Below are positions 35,765 to 46,037 of a stretch of DNA of 64,000 nucleotides, in pieces. The notes under the pieces were generated by a model. It had not been told where the DNA came from and ran no database searches. It was given only the letters and a program-made list of their open reading frames with translations. The first letter of the stretch is position 1, and the number at the start of each line of letters is the position of its first letter. This DNA is from Candidatus Micrarchaeota archaeon. Its GTDB lineage: Archaea > Micrarchaeota > Micrarchaeia > Anstonellales > J096. Made by a program: the position numbers and the translations under genes. The stretch spans positions 41,832 to 105,831 of the forward strand of contig JALWQW010000026.1 of the NCBI GenBank assembly GCA_026982895.1, written 5' to 3'.

Positions 35765-36774
35765 TATCCTCATTATATAGAACTTTGGGGCGCATGGTTC
35801 CTGAGAGCAGGCGTGATAAGCAGGAGGAGCTTTTAAGATTTGCTGGCATTAGAAAGCCTGTTGATCTCTGGGCAGGTTCAGCCATATTTTTAGCGCTGCT
35901 CTTCGCTTTATTAGCAGGCGTAACTTTTGTGGGTTTAACAAATTATGCACCTGATATTGTTGCTGAATTGTGCTGCAATAAATTCTTCCCATATATTGTT
36001 GGCGTGGTTGTGTTGTCTTTTGTTTTATTTGCTATAAACATTCACATCCGTGTTTTAATTTCCATACGGGCAGAGAGGGCTGAGGAAGCTTTCCCTGATT
36101 TCTTGTACAATGTTGCCACGAATCTGAAAGGTGGTATGACTCCTCTGCAAGCATTTTTTGCGTCGGCGAAGCCCCAATTTCCAGTCATAGGCGAGGAAGC
36201 CAGAAGGGCCTACCAAACGAGCTTAGCATCAGGTTCGCTTTCAGAGGCTTTTGATGAGTTAGCTAAGAGTATTGCTTCTCCTTACATTCAAAACTTTGCC
36301 GTTTTCTTCAAAAGGGCTATTATGTCTGGCGGTAAGACTGCTGAGCTTATAGAAAATTATGCAGACCATCTCCGTGATATACTCTCCTTAAAGAGGGATT
36401 TAAAACAGAAGACAAATAACTATGTTGCATTCATATTTCTAACCTCTGCTTTGATAATGCCTTTCTTGTTCGCTTTAGCTTACAATTACATCTCATCAGC
36501 CATGCATCTAGCGGCATCTCTTGGAGAGATTGGTCAAATAGAGGAATTGCCAATATCATTTAAACCTAAAATAAGTTTGAAAATCAGTGATTTTTATATC
36601 ATGATATACACATATATATTTATAGCTGGTATCATAACCTCCATACTCATGTCTCTATTGAGGAAAGGTAAAACTATCTATGCTTCTAAATATGTTCTTT
36701 TCATATGGCTTACCTCTATATTAGTCTTCTATTTATCTCAAATATCTCTTAAAGCCTTCTTAATGCTCTCATAG
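35761..36774 (+). CDS. Type IV filament platform membrane protein (T2SSF/TadB-C/ArlJ-like), part 2
   Basis: FPDFLYNVATNLKGGMTPLQAFFASA... is a T2SSF-like cytoplasmic domain flanked by TM helices. 4-nt overlap with part 1. Confidence 0.7.
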   Translation: MISSLYRTLGRMVPESRRDKQEELLRFAGIRKPVDLWAGSAIFLALLFALLAGVTFVGLTNYAPDIVAELCCNKFFPYIVGVVVLSFVLFAINIHIRVLISIRAERAEEAFPDFLYNVATNLKGGMTPLQAFFASAKPQFPVIGEEARRAYQTSLASGSLSEAFDELAKSIASPYIQNFAVFFKRAIMSGGKTAELIENYADHLRDILSLKRDLKQKTNNYVAFIFLTSALIMPFLFALAYNYISSAMHLAASLGEIGQIEELPISFKPKISLKISDFYIMIYTYIFIAGIITSILMSLLRKGKTIYASKYVLFIWLTSILVFYLSQISLKAFLMLS

Positions 36775-36796
36775 CCTTCGACGGCTAAACGAAAGC

Positions 36797-36804
36797 TTTA
36801 TAAA
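36797..36804 (+). promoter_or_regulatory. TATA box (with upstream cgaaag BRE-like purines) for tfb; GAGGTGA SD-like at 36854-36860
   Basis: cgaaagctttataaatg lies 60-70 nt upstream of ATG 36865. This implies a leader of about 40 nt carrying GAGGTGA 5 nt before the ATG. Confidence 0.4.
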
Positions 36805-36864
36805 TGTTTGGGTAGTATTCTTATAAGCTTTTCGGCCGTGTTGCGAAGCGGCTGAGGTGATTTT

Positions 36865-38436
36865 ATGGCAATGAAAAAAAGTAAAACATCATCTAAAAGT
36901 AAGAAAGGATGTAAAAAGAAGCACTCTACGAAGAGTGCCAAATCTGTAAAGGCAAAAAAAGCCTCAACTTCTTCTAAGAAGAAAGTTGCTGCTAAAAAAG
37001 CCAAAAAGCCTTCAAGACCTGCTAAGAAGGCAAAGCCAAAATCCAAGCCTAAACCAAAGCAGAAAAAGGCCGTTAAGAAGCCTTCTAAACCAAAAGCTAA
37101 GAAGTCTTCAACCACTAAAAAAGTGAAAAAAGTGTCAAAACCAAAGCCATCTAAGAAGAAGGTGGTTAAGAAACCAGCAAAAAAATCCAAGGCAAAGCCA
37201 AAGAAAGCCAAAAAGCCTTCAAAACCAGTTAAGAAGGTAAAGAAGACACCTGTTAAGAAAAAGGCTGTTAAGAAAGCAAAGCCAAAATCCAAGCCTAAAC
37301 CAAAGCAGAAAAAGGCCGTTAAGAAGCCTTCTAAACCAAAAGCCAAAAAACCTTCAAAACCTGCTAAGAAGTCGTCATCTAAAACAAGCGTAGCCAAAGT
37401 GGGCTCTGCTGTTAAGAAGCATAGCCATTCACATTCAGCGCATGCTCATAAACCTCACACTGATGTCGAGAAAGAGGAGAAGTTGCCAAGTGGCAAGGAG
37501 CTTTTGAAAGGCAGGAATAAGAAAATAGATAGGGTTGTGGTGTGCCCTGAATGTGGTAGTCCTAATTTGATAAGAGATTATGAACGAGGTGAAATTATAT
37601 GCAGGGATTGTGGCCTCGTTATAAGTGAGAATTTAGAGGATTTTGGTCCTGAATGGCGCAGCTTTGATTCAGAGCAAAGGGCTAAGAGAGCTAGAGGTGG
37701 TTCTCCGATTACCCTTATGAGGCCTAATAAAGGTCTTGTTACTGAGATAGATCAATATAATCGTGACATAAGAGGTAGTAAAATTAATACAAAACATCAG
37801 GCTCAACTTCATAGAATGAGGAAATGGCATAAGCGCGTTAGCATAGCAAGCAGCTTTGAGAAAAACCTTAGCATTGCATTGGCAGAGCTTGATAGAGTAG
37901 GTTCATCCTTGGGTTTAGCTGATAATGTTAAAGAAGCAGCAGCCAAGCTTTACAGGGATGCTGTCAAGAAAGAGCTCATTCGTGGAAGATTGATTGAAAG
38001 CGTTGTTGCAGCAATAGTTTATGCTATATGTAGGATGTATGGCATACCAAGAACTCTTGATGAGATAAGCAGGGCAAGTGGTATTGAGAAGAAGGAAATT
38101 GGCCGAGCCTACCGCTTCTTGAAGAAGGAGATGGATATGGACATTCCGTTAACAGACCCGAGCACTTATGTGCCAAAATTTGCTTCTCAACTCAGCCTCT
38201 CACCGAAAGTTCAAGAAGAGGCAGTTAAAATAATAAGAAAAGCATTGAAAAAGGGTCTCATATCTGGAAGAGGTCCTACGGGCGTGGCAGCGGCAGCGAT
38301 TTACATCGCAGCTGCAGCAGAAGGCGAGAGGAAAACTCAAAAAGAAGTTGCGGATGTTGCAGGTGTTACAGAAGTAACTATAAGGAATAGATATAGAGAA
38401 CTCAAGAAAGAGCTCGGTTTAAAGGTGGATATCTAA
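36865..38436 (+). CDS. tfb: Transcription initiation factor B (TFB/TFIIB) with a roughly 215-aa Lys/Pro/Ala/Ser-rich N-terminal extension
   Basis: The canonical TFB core starts at about aa 225: Zn ribbon CPECGSPNLIRDYERGEIICRDCG, a B-reader/linker region, two cyclin folds and a C-terminal HTH (VADVAGVTEVTIRNRYREL). Residues 1-215 are KKAKKPSKPK-type low complexity plus HSHSHSAHAHKPH. Confidence 0.9.
   Translation: MAMKKSKTSSKSKKGCKKKHSTKSAKSVKAKKASTSSKKKVAAKKAKKPSRPAKKAKPKSKPKPKQKKAVKKPSKPKAKKSSTTKKVKKVSKPKPSKKKVVKKPAKKSKAKPKKAKKPSKPVKKVKKTPVKKKAVKKAKPKSKPKPKQKKAVKKPSKPKAKKPSKPAKKSSSKTSVAKVGSAVKKHSHSHSAHAHKPHTDVEKEEKLPSGKELLKGRNKKIDRVVVCPECGSPNLIRDYERGEIICRDCGLVISENLEDFGPEWRSFDSEQRAKRARGGSPITLMRPNKGLVTEIDQYNRDIRGSKINTKHQAQLHRMRKWHKRVSIASSFEKNLSIALAELDRVGSSLGLADNVKEAAAKLYRDAVKKELIRGRLIESVVAAIVYAICRMYGIPRTLDEISRASGIEKKEIGRAYRFLKKEMDMDIPLTDPSTYVPKFASQLSLSPKVQEEAVKIIRKALKKGLISGRGPTGVAAAAIYIAAAAEGERKTQKEVADVAGVTEVTIRNRYRELKKELGLKVDI
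37030..37343. repeat. Intragenic direct repeat in the tfb tail (perfect 68-bp copies at 37030-37097 and 37276-37343; offset 246 bp = 82 codons)
   Basis: Both copies read gcaaagccaaaatccaagcctaaaccaaagcagaaaaaggccgttaagaagccttctaaaccaaaagc and encode AKPKSKPKPKQKKAVKKPSKPKA. Confidence 0.9.
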
Positions 38437-38486
38437 TCCCCTTAAAAACCTTTTCTTTTATTTAAGGGCGTCCCTGAGGTGTTCTT

Positions 38487-38798
38487 ATGAATGATGCTAA
38501 TGAATTTATAGAAGATTTAGCAAGTACTGAGGAGAAGGCAAATGCAATCATTGAAGAAGCAAAGGCCGAAGCTAAGAAACGAAAGGAGCTTTTATCAAAT
38601 AATCTATCAGCTCGTGAGGAAGATTGGAAATCTAAAATAGACAATAAAAAAGAGGACCTTCTTGAAGATTATAATAAGCACATCTCAAAGGAATTAAAGA
38701 GCATCAAAAGCGAGTGGGAATCAAAGGTTAAACATATTGAAAAGATGAAAGTTAAGGAGAATGTTCTAAAAGAAATGGCAAATCTTTTGGTGGAGTGA
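38487..38798 (+). CDS. atpH: A-type ATP synthase subunit H
   Basis: Short charged coiled-coil protein at the first position of the atpHIKECFABD order. TGAGGTG lies upstream. Confidence 0.6.
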   Translation: MNDANEFIEDLASTEEKANAIIEEAKAEAKKRKELLSNNLSAREEDWKSKIDNKKEDLLEDYNKHISKELKSIKSEWESKVKHIEKMKVKENVLKEMANLLVE

Positions 38799-40723
38799 AG
38801 TTTATGGTATTGTGGCCAGAAAAAATGGTGAAGGTCAATGTTTTTGCTGTTAAGGGCACTGAATATGCTCTCTTAAAGTTTTTACATAAGGAAGGAGTTC
38901 TCCATTTTGAGAAGGGCAGTGAAAAAGGTGCTTTTAAAAAGGGCGCGCCGCTGCCAGCATTGGACGCCATTTCAAAGCCTCTTGTATATTTCAAAGGAAT
39001 AATGGATATTGTCTGTCCTTTTTGCGCATTGAACCCTCTCGATGTACATGATGAATTGCCATCGCTGAGAGAGGTTTTAAGTGCGGCTTCGTCGCTGGAA
39101 CCAAGAGCAAAGCATTTTGAAGAGCTTTATAAACAGAAGGAAAATCTCGTGTCACATATATCTACCTTAACCGAGCGCATTGATGTTTATGGGAAAATGG
39201 TCTCTGCTGGATTGTCATACAATAAGTTGTCTAAGAGCTTGAAGGGCTTCTTTATTGATATGGATATTGATTCTACTTTGTTTGAAAATAAGCCTATTGA
39301 AAAATTCGTTAAAGCTGAAGATGGTGCTGTAATTTTGGTTAGGGTTGAAAATGCGGGAGAGATTGAAACAATTCTTCGTGACGAAAATTTACCTTATGAG
39401 GCTTTGCCAGAAGAGAATCCTAAAAAGCTCCTTTCAAAGTATAAGGACGAGCTCGCAGATGCTAACAATAAACTGGAGAAAGTAAAAAAGGAACTAAAGG
39501 CTTTATGTGCAGAGCTCAGCGAATTGCCTAAAGTTGTCAATAGCCTTAAAGTTTACGAAGAGGAAGCTACTGTTGCTTCAAATTCCCTGGAGAGCGACCA
39601 CTTAATACTCATAGAAGGCTGGTTGCCTAAGAAGCATTTTGAAGCATTTAAGAAAAAGCTTGCAAATGAGTTTGGTAAGCGTGTTTATGTTCAGCCTGTA
39701 ATGGAGAAAGAGCCTGAAGAGCATGCTCACGAAAAATCAGAAGACATGCCTCCAACATATATAGAGAATCCCGATGCTATAAAACCTTATGAACTGGCGT
39801 TTGGTTTCTCTTCGCTGCCAAGAGGAGATGATTTGAATCCTGCATTGTGGTACGCTTTAACCTTCCCATTCATCTATGGAATGATTATAGGTGATGTTGG
39901 ATATTCTATTATATCTCTTATAATTGCGTATTTATTGAAGAAAGCCAAACCCTATAGCGAAGCTGTCCAAAATCTGGCGAATGTGTGGATTATAGCTTCT
40001 GTGGGCGGAATAGTTTGGGGGGTTATATTCGATGAGTGGATGGGCGCTAGTCACGCTTTTTGGTTGAATGCTTTGTTTGGCGTTAACAATGCTTTTTATC
40101 ACGGCTTTCATAGGGTCGAGTTATTTACCCTCCTCTTAGGTTTGACGGGTTTAGTTGGTGGAATTCATCTATTGTTGGGCAACCTATTAGGGGCTTATGC
40201 AGCTTATGTACATGGCCATAAGAAACATATGGTTGCTAAAACAGGTTGGTTTTTCCTCATATTGGGTTTCTTAATGTGGGTTGGTTCTTACTTAAACGTT
40301 TGGCAATTATCTTTACCAGGCATTATCCTTATGGCTGTTTCAGCAATAATTATAGGTGTTTATGAGGGAATTATGGGCCTTGTTGAATTGCCCAGCGTTG
40401 TTTCTAATATAGCAAGTTATTTCCGTATAGCTGCGGTTGGTGTTGCTGGTGTTATTCTAGCAGAATTAATTAATAAAATGCTCTTTCCTTCTTTTTCTGG
40501 AGGGTTGGTTGGTTTATTGACTGGTTTGATTATGGCAGTTGTATTCTTAGCTCTCCATGCTGCGAATGCTTTCATAGCTATGTTTGAAAGCACAGTTCAA
40601 GGAGGAAGGCTTCATATTCTTGAATTTGCTTTAAAATTCATAAGAGGTGGTGGGAAACCTTATAGGCCATTCTCATTACCTTCATTTATGCTCAAAAAAC
40701 GAGGTGAAAAATATGGCAACTGA
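38795..40723 (+). CDS. atpI: A-type ATP synthase subunit I (a-subunit)
   Basis: 642 aa with a soluble N-terminal half (MVLWPEKMVKVNVFA...) and a polytopic C-terminal half containing the conserved Arg-bearing helix (SYFRIAAVGVAG). Confidence 0.85.
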   Translation: MKFMVLWPEKMVKVNVFAVKGTEYALLKFLHKEGVLHFEKGSEKGAFKKGAPLPALDAISKPLVYFKGIMDIVCPFCALNPLDVHDELPSLREVLSAASSLEPRAKHFEELYKQKENLVSHISTLTERIDVYGKMVSAGLSYNKLSKSLKGFFIDMDIDSTLFENKPIEKFVKAEDGAVILVRVENAGEIETILRDENLPYEALPEENPKKLLSKYKDELADANNKLEKVKKELKALCAELSELPKVVNSLKVYEEEATVASNSLESDHLILIEGWLPKKHFEAFKKKLANEFGKRVYVQPVMEKEPEEHAHEKSEDMPPTYIENPDAIKPYELAFGFSSLPRGDDLNPALWYALTFPFIYGMIIGDVGYSIISLIIAYLLKKAKPYSEAVQNLANVWIIASVGGIVWGVIFDEWMGASHAFWLNALFGVNNAFYHGFHRVELFTLLLGLTGLVGGIHLLLGNLLGAYAAYVHGHKKHMVAKTGWFFLILGFLMWVGSYLNVWQLSLPGIILMAVSAIIIGVYEGIMGLVELPSVVSNIASYFRIAAVGVAGVILAELINKMLFPSFSGGLVGLLTGLIMAVVFLALHAANAFIAMFESTVQGGRLHILEFALKFIRGGGKPYRPFSLPSFMLKKRGEKYGN

Positions 40724-40967
40724 AGCTTTGACAAGTGGATTGCAGGGGCTTTCTAGCCCAGGCATGGTAGCGATAGGTGCTGCGTTGGCTATGGGTCTTT
40801 CAGCCTTAGCAGGCGCGTGGAGTCAGGCCAGCGTTGGTTCTTCTGCAATGGGGTTGGTTAGCGAGAGGCCAGAATATGTGGGAAATGTCTTAATATGGAT
40901 GGCTCTCCCAGAAATTTTGGCACTCTTAGGATTTGTTATAGCATTCCTTCTTATAGGAAAGGTTTGA
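40713..40967 (+). CDS. atpK: A-type ATP synthase subunit K (c/proteolipid, single hairpin)
   Basis: ATG at 40713 follows GAGGTGA. Two TM helices, with the ion-binding Glu in MALPEILALLGF. Confidence 0.8.
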   Translation: MATEALTSGLQGLSSPGMVAIGAALAMGLSALAGAWSQASVGSSAMGLVSERPEYVGNVLIWMALPEILALLGFVIAFLLIGKV

Positions 40968-40980
40968 TAGAGGGAAATCT

Positions 40981-41550
40981 ATGTCTGAGGGCTCTCTTAA
41001 AGAAGAAATAATGAGGCGTGCCAAGGAGAAGGCGAGTTCTCTTCTTAAAGAGGTTGAAGAAGAGGAAAATCGTGCTTTGGCGGAATTAGATGAAAAGATG
41101 GCTGCTCAAATGGAAAGGGAGCTTTCCAAATACAGAGAGCAGTTAAAGGAGCGGGAGCTTGAAGAGTTAGCACGAGCCCGTCTTGAAGGAAAGAGAGCCC
41201 TCTCTATAGCAAAGGAAAATCTCTACCAAAAAGCCCTAGATGAATCTGTTGATTATTTTTTATCTTCTGACCTTTACAAAAAATATTTGAAGAATGTCAT
41301 AGAGTCTGCTAAAAAGAAATATCCAAAAGACGAATTGAAGGTCCATTGCAACAAGGCTGATGGAAAGCTTGTGAAGCCCTTACTTCCAGAGAATGCTGTG
41401 CTCAAAACAGATTTAGATGATAGAGGTGTTAAAATAGAAGTGGGGAAGCATGGCCTTGTTTTGAATAACACTTTGGAGACGCTTTTGACTGAAAAAGGTG
41501 ATAAACTTAGAGCCTTCTTCTATTCTAAGGTTTTTGAGGGAGATCAATGA
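40981..41550 (+). CDS. atpE: A-type ATP synthase subunit E
   Basis: Long N-terminal helix and a globular C-terminus (VKIEVGKHGLVLNNTLETLL), in the operon position expected for E. Confidence 0.7.
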   Translation: MSEGSLKEEIMRRAKEKASSLLKEVEEEENRALAELDEKMAAQMERELSKYREQLKERELEELARARLEGKRALSIAKENLYQKALDESVDYFLSSDLYKKYLKNVIESAKKKYPKDELKVHCNKADGKLVKPLLPENAVLKTDLDDRGVKIEVGKHGLVLNNTLETLLTEKGDKLRAFFYSKVFEGDQ

Positions 41551-42554
41551 ACACACTTACAGGCCCTTATTTTTATGGTTTCTCCAATGCAAAAGTATCT
41601 GCCTTAAAGGGCAAGCTATTTGATAAGCATTTCTACAGTGATTTAGTGGCTGTTGCAAATCTTTCATCAGTTGTTGAGCTGCTGGAAAAAACGCCCTATA
41701 AAAAATACCTTGAAGTGCTTTTAAGAGAGAGAGGCCTCTCACCTGAAACTATTGAGGCTGCGATGGTTAATCGCTTTTCCCATCTAATTTATTTGTTAAA
41801 ACATTATACTCCTGAATATGATGAGGAAAGGTTAAGGTCTTTTCTTCTTCGTTATGATATTATCTCCGCTAAGATTGTTCTTGGCGGTAAATTAAAGGGC
41901 AATTCCTTTGAAGAGGTCAAGGGGAAGTTAATATTAGGTAATCTTACTCTGGAGGAATGGAGGAAGATTTACTCTAGCAAACAGCCTGTAAAGGTATTTC
42001 TTTATACTCTCTTCTCCTATGATAAAGCTCAAGCGTTATTGGACGAGATTGGCTCTGAAGAACTGAATAACGAAACGCTCATAACAATAAGTCAGTGGCT
42101 TGATGGTCTTATATTAAGGGAAGCCCAAAATTTAAAGGGCATGTTTGCATATAAATATCTTGCTAAATATGTGGATATACAGAATATAATAGCATTAATA
42201 AAAACTAGGAAGGAGGGAAAGAAGTCAAGTGAATTTTTAAAATCTATTCATATCTTTGGCACTCTTTCAAAGGAAGAATTGTCGAGAGCTTTAAAGAGTG
42301 ATGCTGCTTATAAGGAGCTTTTGAAGAGGTATGGTCTCTCAGAAGAGATGTCCTTACCTTTAATTCAATCCTCTATTGAGAAAACGCTCTCATCGGATAA
42401 GAAAAAGTTATATGCTCAATCTATATTCACATTAGATAGAGTCTTTCTTTATCTTCTCCTTTTAGAAGAAGAGCTCTTGAATGTTAGGAGGATTGTTCTT
42501 GGCAAGGCGTTATCAATGCCTAAAACCAAAATCATGGAGGTGCTTGTCCTATGA
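41547..42554 (+). CDS. atpC: A-type ATP synthase subunit C
   Basis: 335-aa helical protein in the conserved operon position. The N-terminus YFYGFSNAKVSALKGKL is typical of the C/d subunit. Confidence 0.75.
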   Translation: MNTLTGPYFYGFSNAKVSALKGKLFDKHFYSDLVAVANLSSVVELLEKTPYKKYLEVLLRERGLSPETIEAAMVNRFSHLIYLLKHYTPEYDEERLRSFLLRYDIISAKIVLGGKLKGNSFEEVKGKLILGNLTLEEWRKIYSSKQPVKVFLYTLFSYDKAQALLDEIGSEELNNETLITISQWLDGLILREAQNLKGMFAYKYLAKYVDIQNIIALIKTRKEGKKSSEFLKSIHIFGTLSKEELSRALKSDAAYKELLKRYGLSEEMSLPLIQSSIEKTLSSDKKKLYAQSIFTLDRVFLYLLLLEEELLNVRRIVLGKALSMPKTKIMEVLVL

Positions 42555-42856
42555 AAATCTTAGCTCTCGGTGATTCATTGTTTTGCACAGCTTTTAAGTT
42601 GGGCGGCTTGCCAGATGTTATACCCGTTGAACTTAAAGAGGAAAATGTGAAGGCTGCAATGAATTCTATTGGCGAGGGAATTGGCATGGTTATCCTTCAA
42701 GATAAGGCCTTCAACCTTCTCCATTCGAAGGATAAGAGGGCTGTTGAGAATTCCACGGAGCCTTTATTTGTTATTATATCTTTGGAAGGCGACGAAGAAG
42801 CTGTTGAGCCTATAAAGGCTATGGTGAAGAGGGCTCTTGGTATTGAGATGAAATAA
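42551..42856 (+). CDS. atpF: A-type ATP synthase subunit F
   Basis: [19 protein letters not shown]... 101 aa, in the expected operon position. Confidence 0.75.
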   Translation: MKILALGDSLFCTAFKLGGLPDVIPVELKEENVKAAMNSIGEGIGMVILQDKAFNLLHSKDKRAVENSTEPLFVIISLEGDEEAVEPIKAMVKRALGIEMK

Positions 42857-42872
42857 TGCTTATGGTGGTAAT

Positions 42873-44603
42873 ATGAGAAAGGGTAAAATTGTCCGCGTTT
42901 CTGGACCTGTTGTATATGCTAAGGGTATAAACGCCAGCATGTACGATGTGGTCAGAGTAGGTGAGGAAGAACTTATTGGTGAGGTCATTAAGATTGTCGG
43001 CAATGTGGCTGTGGTGCAGGTTTATGAGGATACGACAGGCTTAAAGCCCGGCGACCCAGTATATTCGACGGGTAAGGCATTGTCTGTGCATCTTGGCCCC
43101 GGCATTTTGAAGAGTATTTATGATGGTATTCAAAGGCCTCTAGATGAAATAGCTGCTCAGCATGGCGTCTTCATTGCGAGAGGTGCTAGCGCAACCCCTC
43201 TTGACCAAAAGAAGAAATGGTCCTTCGAGGCGAAGGTTAAGAAGGGCGATCGTGTTAGCATTGGTTCTGTTTTAGGTGTTGTCAAGGAGACTGAGCTTAT
43301 AACTCACAGGATTATATCTCCCTATGAAGGTACTATTAAAGACATAAAATCCGGCGATTACACTGTTGAGGATGTTATAGGAGAGATAGAGGACAAAGGC
43401 GTTAAAAAGGACTTGAAATTAGCCCATTATTGGCCTGTTAGAAAGGCAAGACCCTTTGTTGAAAAGTACCCACCACATGTTCTTCTTACGACAGGTATGC
43501 GTGTTATAGACACCTTTTTCCCTATAGCCAAGGGAGGTACAGCGGCTATTCCTGGGCCATTTGGTAGTGGTAAGACCGTTACTCAGCAGAGCTTAGCGAA
43601 ATGGAGTGATGCGGATATTGTCGTTTACATAGGTTGTGGGGAACGTGGAAATGAGATGACTGAGGTTTTGCACGAGTTCCCTGAATTGGATGACCCGCGA
43701 AGTGGAAAGCCTCTTATGGAGCGCACTGTGTTGATAGCAAACACATCTAACATGCCTGTGGCTGCTCGTGAAGCTAGCATATATACAGGTATTACTCTCG
43801 CTGAATATTATAGAGATATGGGTTACAATGTTGCTTTGATGGCCGATTCTACGAGTAGATGGGCAGAGGCCCTCCGTGAGATTGGTGGCCGTTTGGAGGA
43901 GATGCCTGGTGAGGAAGGTTATCCTGCCTATCTAGCTAGAAAATTAGCCGAGTTTTATGAGAGGGCTGGAAGAGTTAAGACGCTTAGTGGCGAAGATGGC
44001 AGCGTTACAATTATAGGTGCTGTTTCTCCGCCTGGTGGTGACCTTTCCGAACCAGTAAGTCAAAACACCCTCCGTGTTGTTAAAGTATTTTTGGCTTTGG
44101 ATGCCAGCTTAGCCCAACGCCGACACTTCCCAGCTATTAATTGGCTCAACAGTTACTCTCTATATAAAGAAGGTATGCAGGAGTGGTTTGCTGAAAATGT
44201 TAGTTCATCGTTTTACGATAAAAGTGAGAGGGCCATGGAACTTTTGCAGAGAGAAGCGGAGCTGCAGGAGATTGTCCAACTCGTCGGTCCAGATGCTCTG
44301 CCCGATAGAGAACAGCTTATCCTTATAGTGGCTAGAATGCTCAGGGAGGATTATTTACAGCAGAATGCTTTCCATGAGGTGGATATGTACTGTGCTTTAC
44401 AGAAGGGCGATGCCATGCTTGATAATATACTGAGCTTTTACCATCTTGGCTTGGAGGCATTGAAGCGTGGTGTTGAGGTTAAGAAAATCAACGACATGAA
44501 TGTTGTAGAATCCATAGGCAGGATGAAATATGAAAAGGATGTGGAAAAGATAAAGGCCATAAAGGCAGAGATGGCTAAAGAATTCTCTAATTTGGAGGCA
44601 TGA
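42873..44603 (+). CDS. atpA: A-type ATP synthase catalytic subunit A
   Basis: Walker [17 protein letters not shown], and [32 protein letters not shown]. No intein. Confidence 0.95.
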   Translation: MRKGKIVRVSGPVVYAKGINASMYDVVRVGEEELIGEVIKIVGNVAVVQVYEDTTGLKPGDPVYSTGKALSVHLGPGILKSIYDGIQRPLDEIAAQHGVFIARGASATPLDQKKKWSFEAKVKKGDRVSIGSVLGVVKETELITHRIISPYEGTIKDIKSGDYTVEDVIGEIEDKGVKKDLKLAHYWPVRKARPFVEKYPPHVLLTTGMRVIDTFFPIAKGGTAAIPGPFGSGKTVTQQSLAKWSDADIVVYIGCGERGNEMTEVLHEFPELDDPRSGKPLMERTVLIANTSNMPVAAREASIYTGITLAEYYRDMGYNVALMADSTSRWAEALREIGGRLEEMPGEEGYPAYLARKLAEFYERAGRVKTLSGEDGSVTIIGAVSPPGGDLSEPVSQNTLRVVKVFLALDASLAQRRHFPAINWLNSYSLYKEGMQEWFAENVSSSFYDKSERAMELLQREAELQEIVQLVGPDALPDREQLILIVARMLREDYLQQNAFHEVDMYCALQKGDAMLDNILSFYHLGLEALKRGVEVKKINDMNVVESIGRMKYEKDVEKIKAIKAEMAKEFSNLEA

Positions 44604-44612
44604 GGTGGAACT

Positions 44613-46022
44613 ATGAAAGAATATAAAAGCATTAATCAAATAGCAGGTCCTCTTGTCTTCGTTGAGGATGTTGAGGGCGTCTCTTACGGTGAAATTGTAG
44701 AGGTCGTGTTAGACAGCGGAGAAAAAAGAAAGGGGCAGGTTCTTGATGTTTCTGAGAAAGTAGCCGTTGTCCAGGTCTTTGGACCAACAGAAGGTATAAG
44801 CACGGGCAGTGCTGTCCGTTTCTTAGGAGAGACGATGAAGATTGGGCTAAGTGAGGATATGCTTGGCCGTGTCTTCAGTGGTTTGGGCGTGCCAATAGAC
44901 CATGCTCCTGCTCCTGTTCCTGAAGAGCGTTTAGATGTAAATGGTTTACCTATTAATCCTGCTAGCAGGGAGCCACCCAGCGATTTTATACAGACAGGCA
45001 TTTCCACTATCGACGGTATGAATACTCTTGTTAGAGGGCAGAAGTTGCCTATATTCAGTGGAGCAGGTTTGCCTCATAATAAGTTGGCTGTGCAGATAGC
45101 CAGGCAGGCTAAGGTTCTCGGCGAGAATGAGCAGTTTGTTGTTGTTTTCGCTGCTATTGGTATTACGCATGAGGAAGCACATTTCTTCATAAGGGATTTT
45201 GAAAGGACTGGCGCTCTGGAAAGGGCTGTGTTGTTCCTTAATTTAGCTAACGACCCTTCTGTCGAGCGTCTCATGACACCGCGCATCGCTTTGACAACTG
45301 CGGAGTATTTAGCTTTTGAAAAGGACATGCATGTTTTGACGATATTGACTGACTTAACCAACTATGCAGAGGCCCTCCGTGAAGTTTCTGCTGCTAGGAA
45401 CGAAGTGCCTGGTAGAAGAGGTTATCCGGGTTACATGTACACGGATTTGGCAAGCCTTTATGAGAGGGCGGGAAGAGTTGCTGGCAAAAAGGGAACGCTA
45501 ACACAGATTCCCATTCTTACAATGCCTGGTGACGATAAAACACACCCCATCCCTGATTTAACAGGTTATATTACAGAGGGGCAGATTGTGCTTAGCAGGG
45601 ATTTGGATAGAAAGGGTATTTATCCGCCTGTTGACCCTCTTCCAAGCCTCAGCAGGCTTATGAGCTCTGGTATTGGCGAGGGAAAAACGAGGGAGGACCA
45701 CAGCAGAGTCAGCGACCAACTTTACGCTGCTTATGCCAATGGCCGTGATTTAAGGGCCCTCTCAGCTGTCGTCGGTGAAGAAGCCCTTTCGTCAACGGAT
45801 AGAAAATACCTACAGTTCGCCGATGCCTTTGAGCAGCGCTTTATACAGCAAGGATATCATGAAGACCGTTCTATAGAGCAAACCCTTGACATAGGATGGG
45901 AGCTTTTAGCAATGCTGCCCGAGAGAGAGCTTAAGAAGGTTAAGAAGGAACACATTGAGAAATACATGCGCCGCTTCCAGAAAGGCAAGAACGAAGCCAA
46001 AGATAAGCATTCTAAAGAATAA
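44613..46022 (+). CDS. atpB: A-type ATP synthase subunit B
   Basis: [44 protein letters not shown]; the P-loop is degenerate, as in B subunits. Confidence 0.95.
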   Translation: MKEYKSINQIAGPLVFVEDVEGVSYGEIVEVVLDSGEKRKGQVLDVSEKVAVVQVFGPTEGISTGSAVRFLGETMKIGLSEDMLGRVFSGLGVPIDHAPAPVPEERLDVNGLPINPASREPPSDFIQTGISTIDGMNTLVRGQKLPIFSGAGLPHNKLAVQIARQAKVLGENEQFVVVFAAIGITHEEAHFFIRDFERTGALERAVLFLNLANDPSVERLMTPRIALTTAEYLAFEKDMHVLTILTDLTNYAEALREVSAARNEVPGRRGYPGYMYTDLASLYERAGRVAGKKGTLTQIPILTMPGDDKTHPIPDLTGYITEGQIVLSRDLDRKGIYPPVDPLPSLSRLMSSGIGEGKTREDHSRVSDQLYAAYANGRDLRALSAVVGEEALSSTDRKYLQFADAFEQRFIQQGYHEDRSIEQTLDIGWELLAMLPERELKKVKKEHIEKYMRRFQKGKNEAKDKHSKE

Positions 46023-46037
46023 TAAAGAGGGCTGGCC

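Noticed and set aside
36798-37397. 199-aa minus-strand ORF (Phe/Leu/Gly-rich)
   Set aside because: It is the mirror image of the Lys-rich tfb tail (AAG/AAA read as CTT/TTT). It is a shadow ORF with no independent signals.
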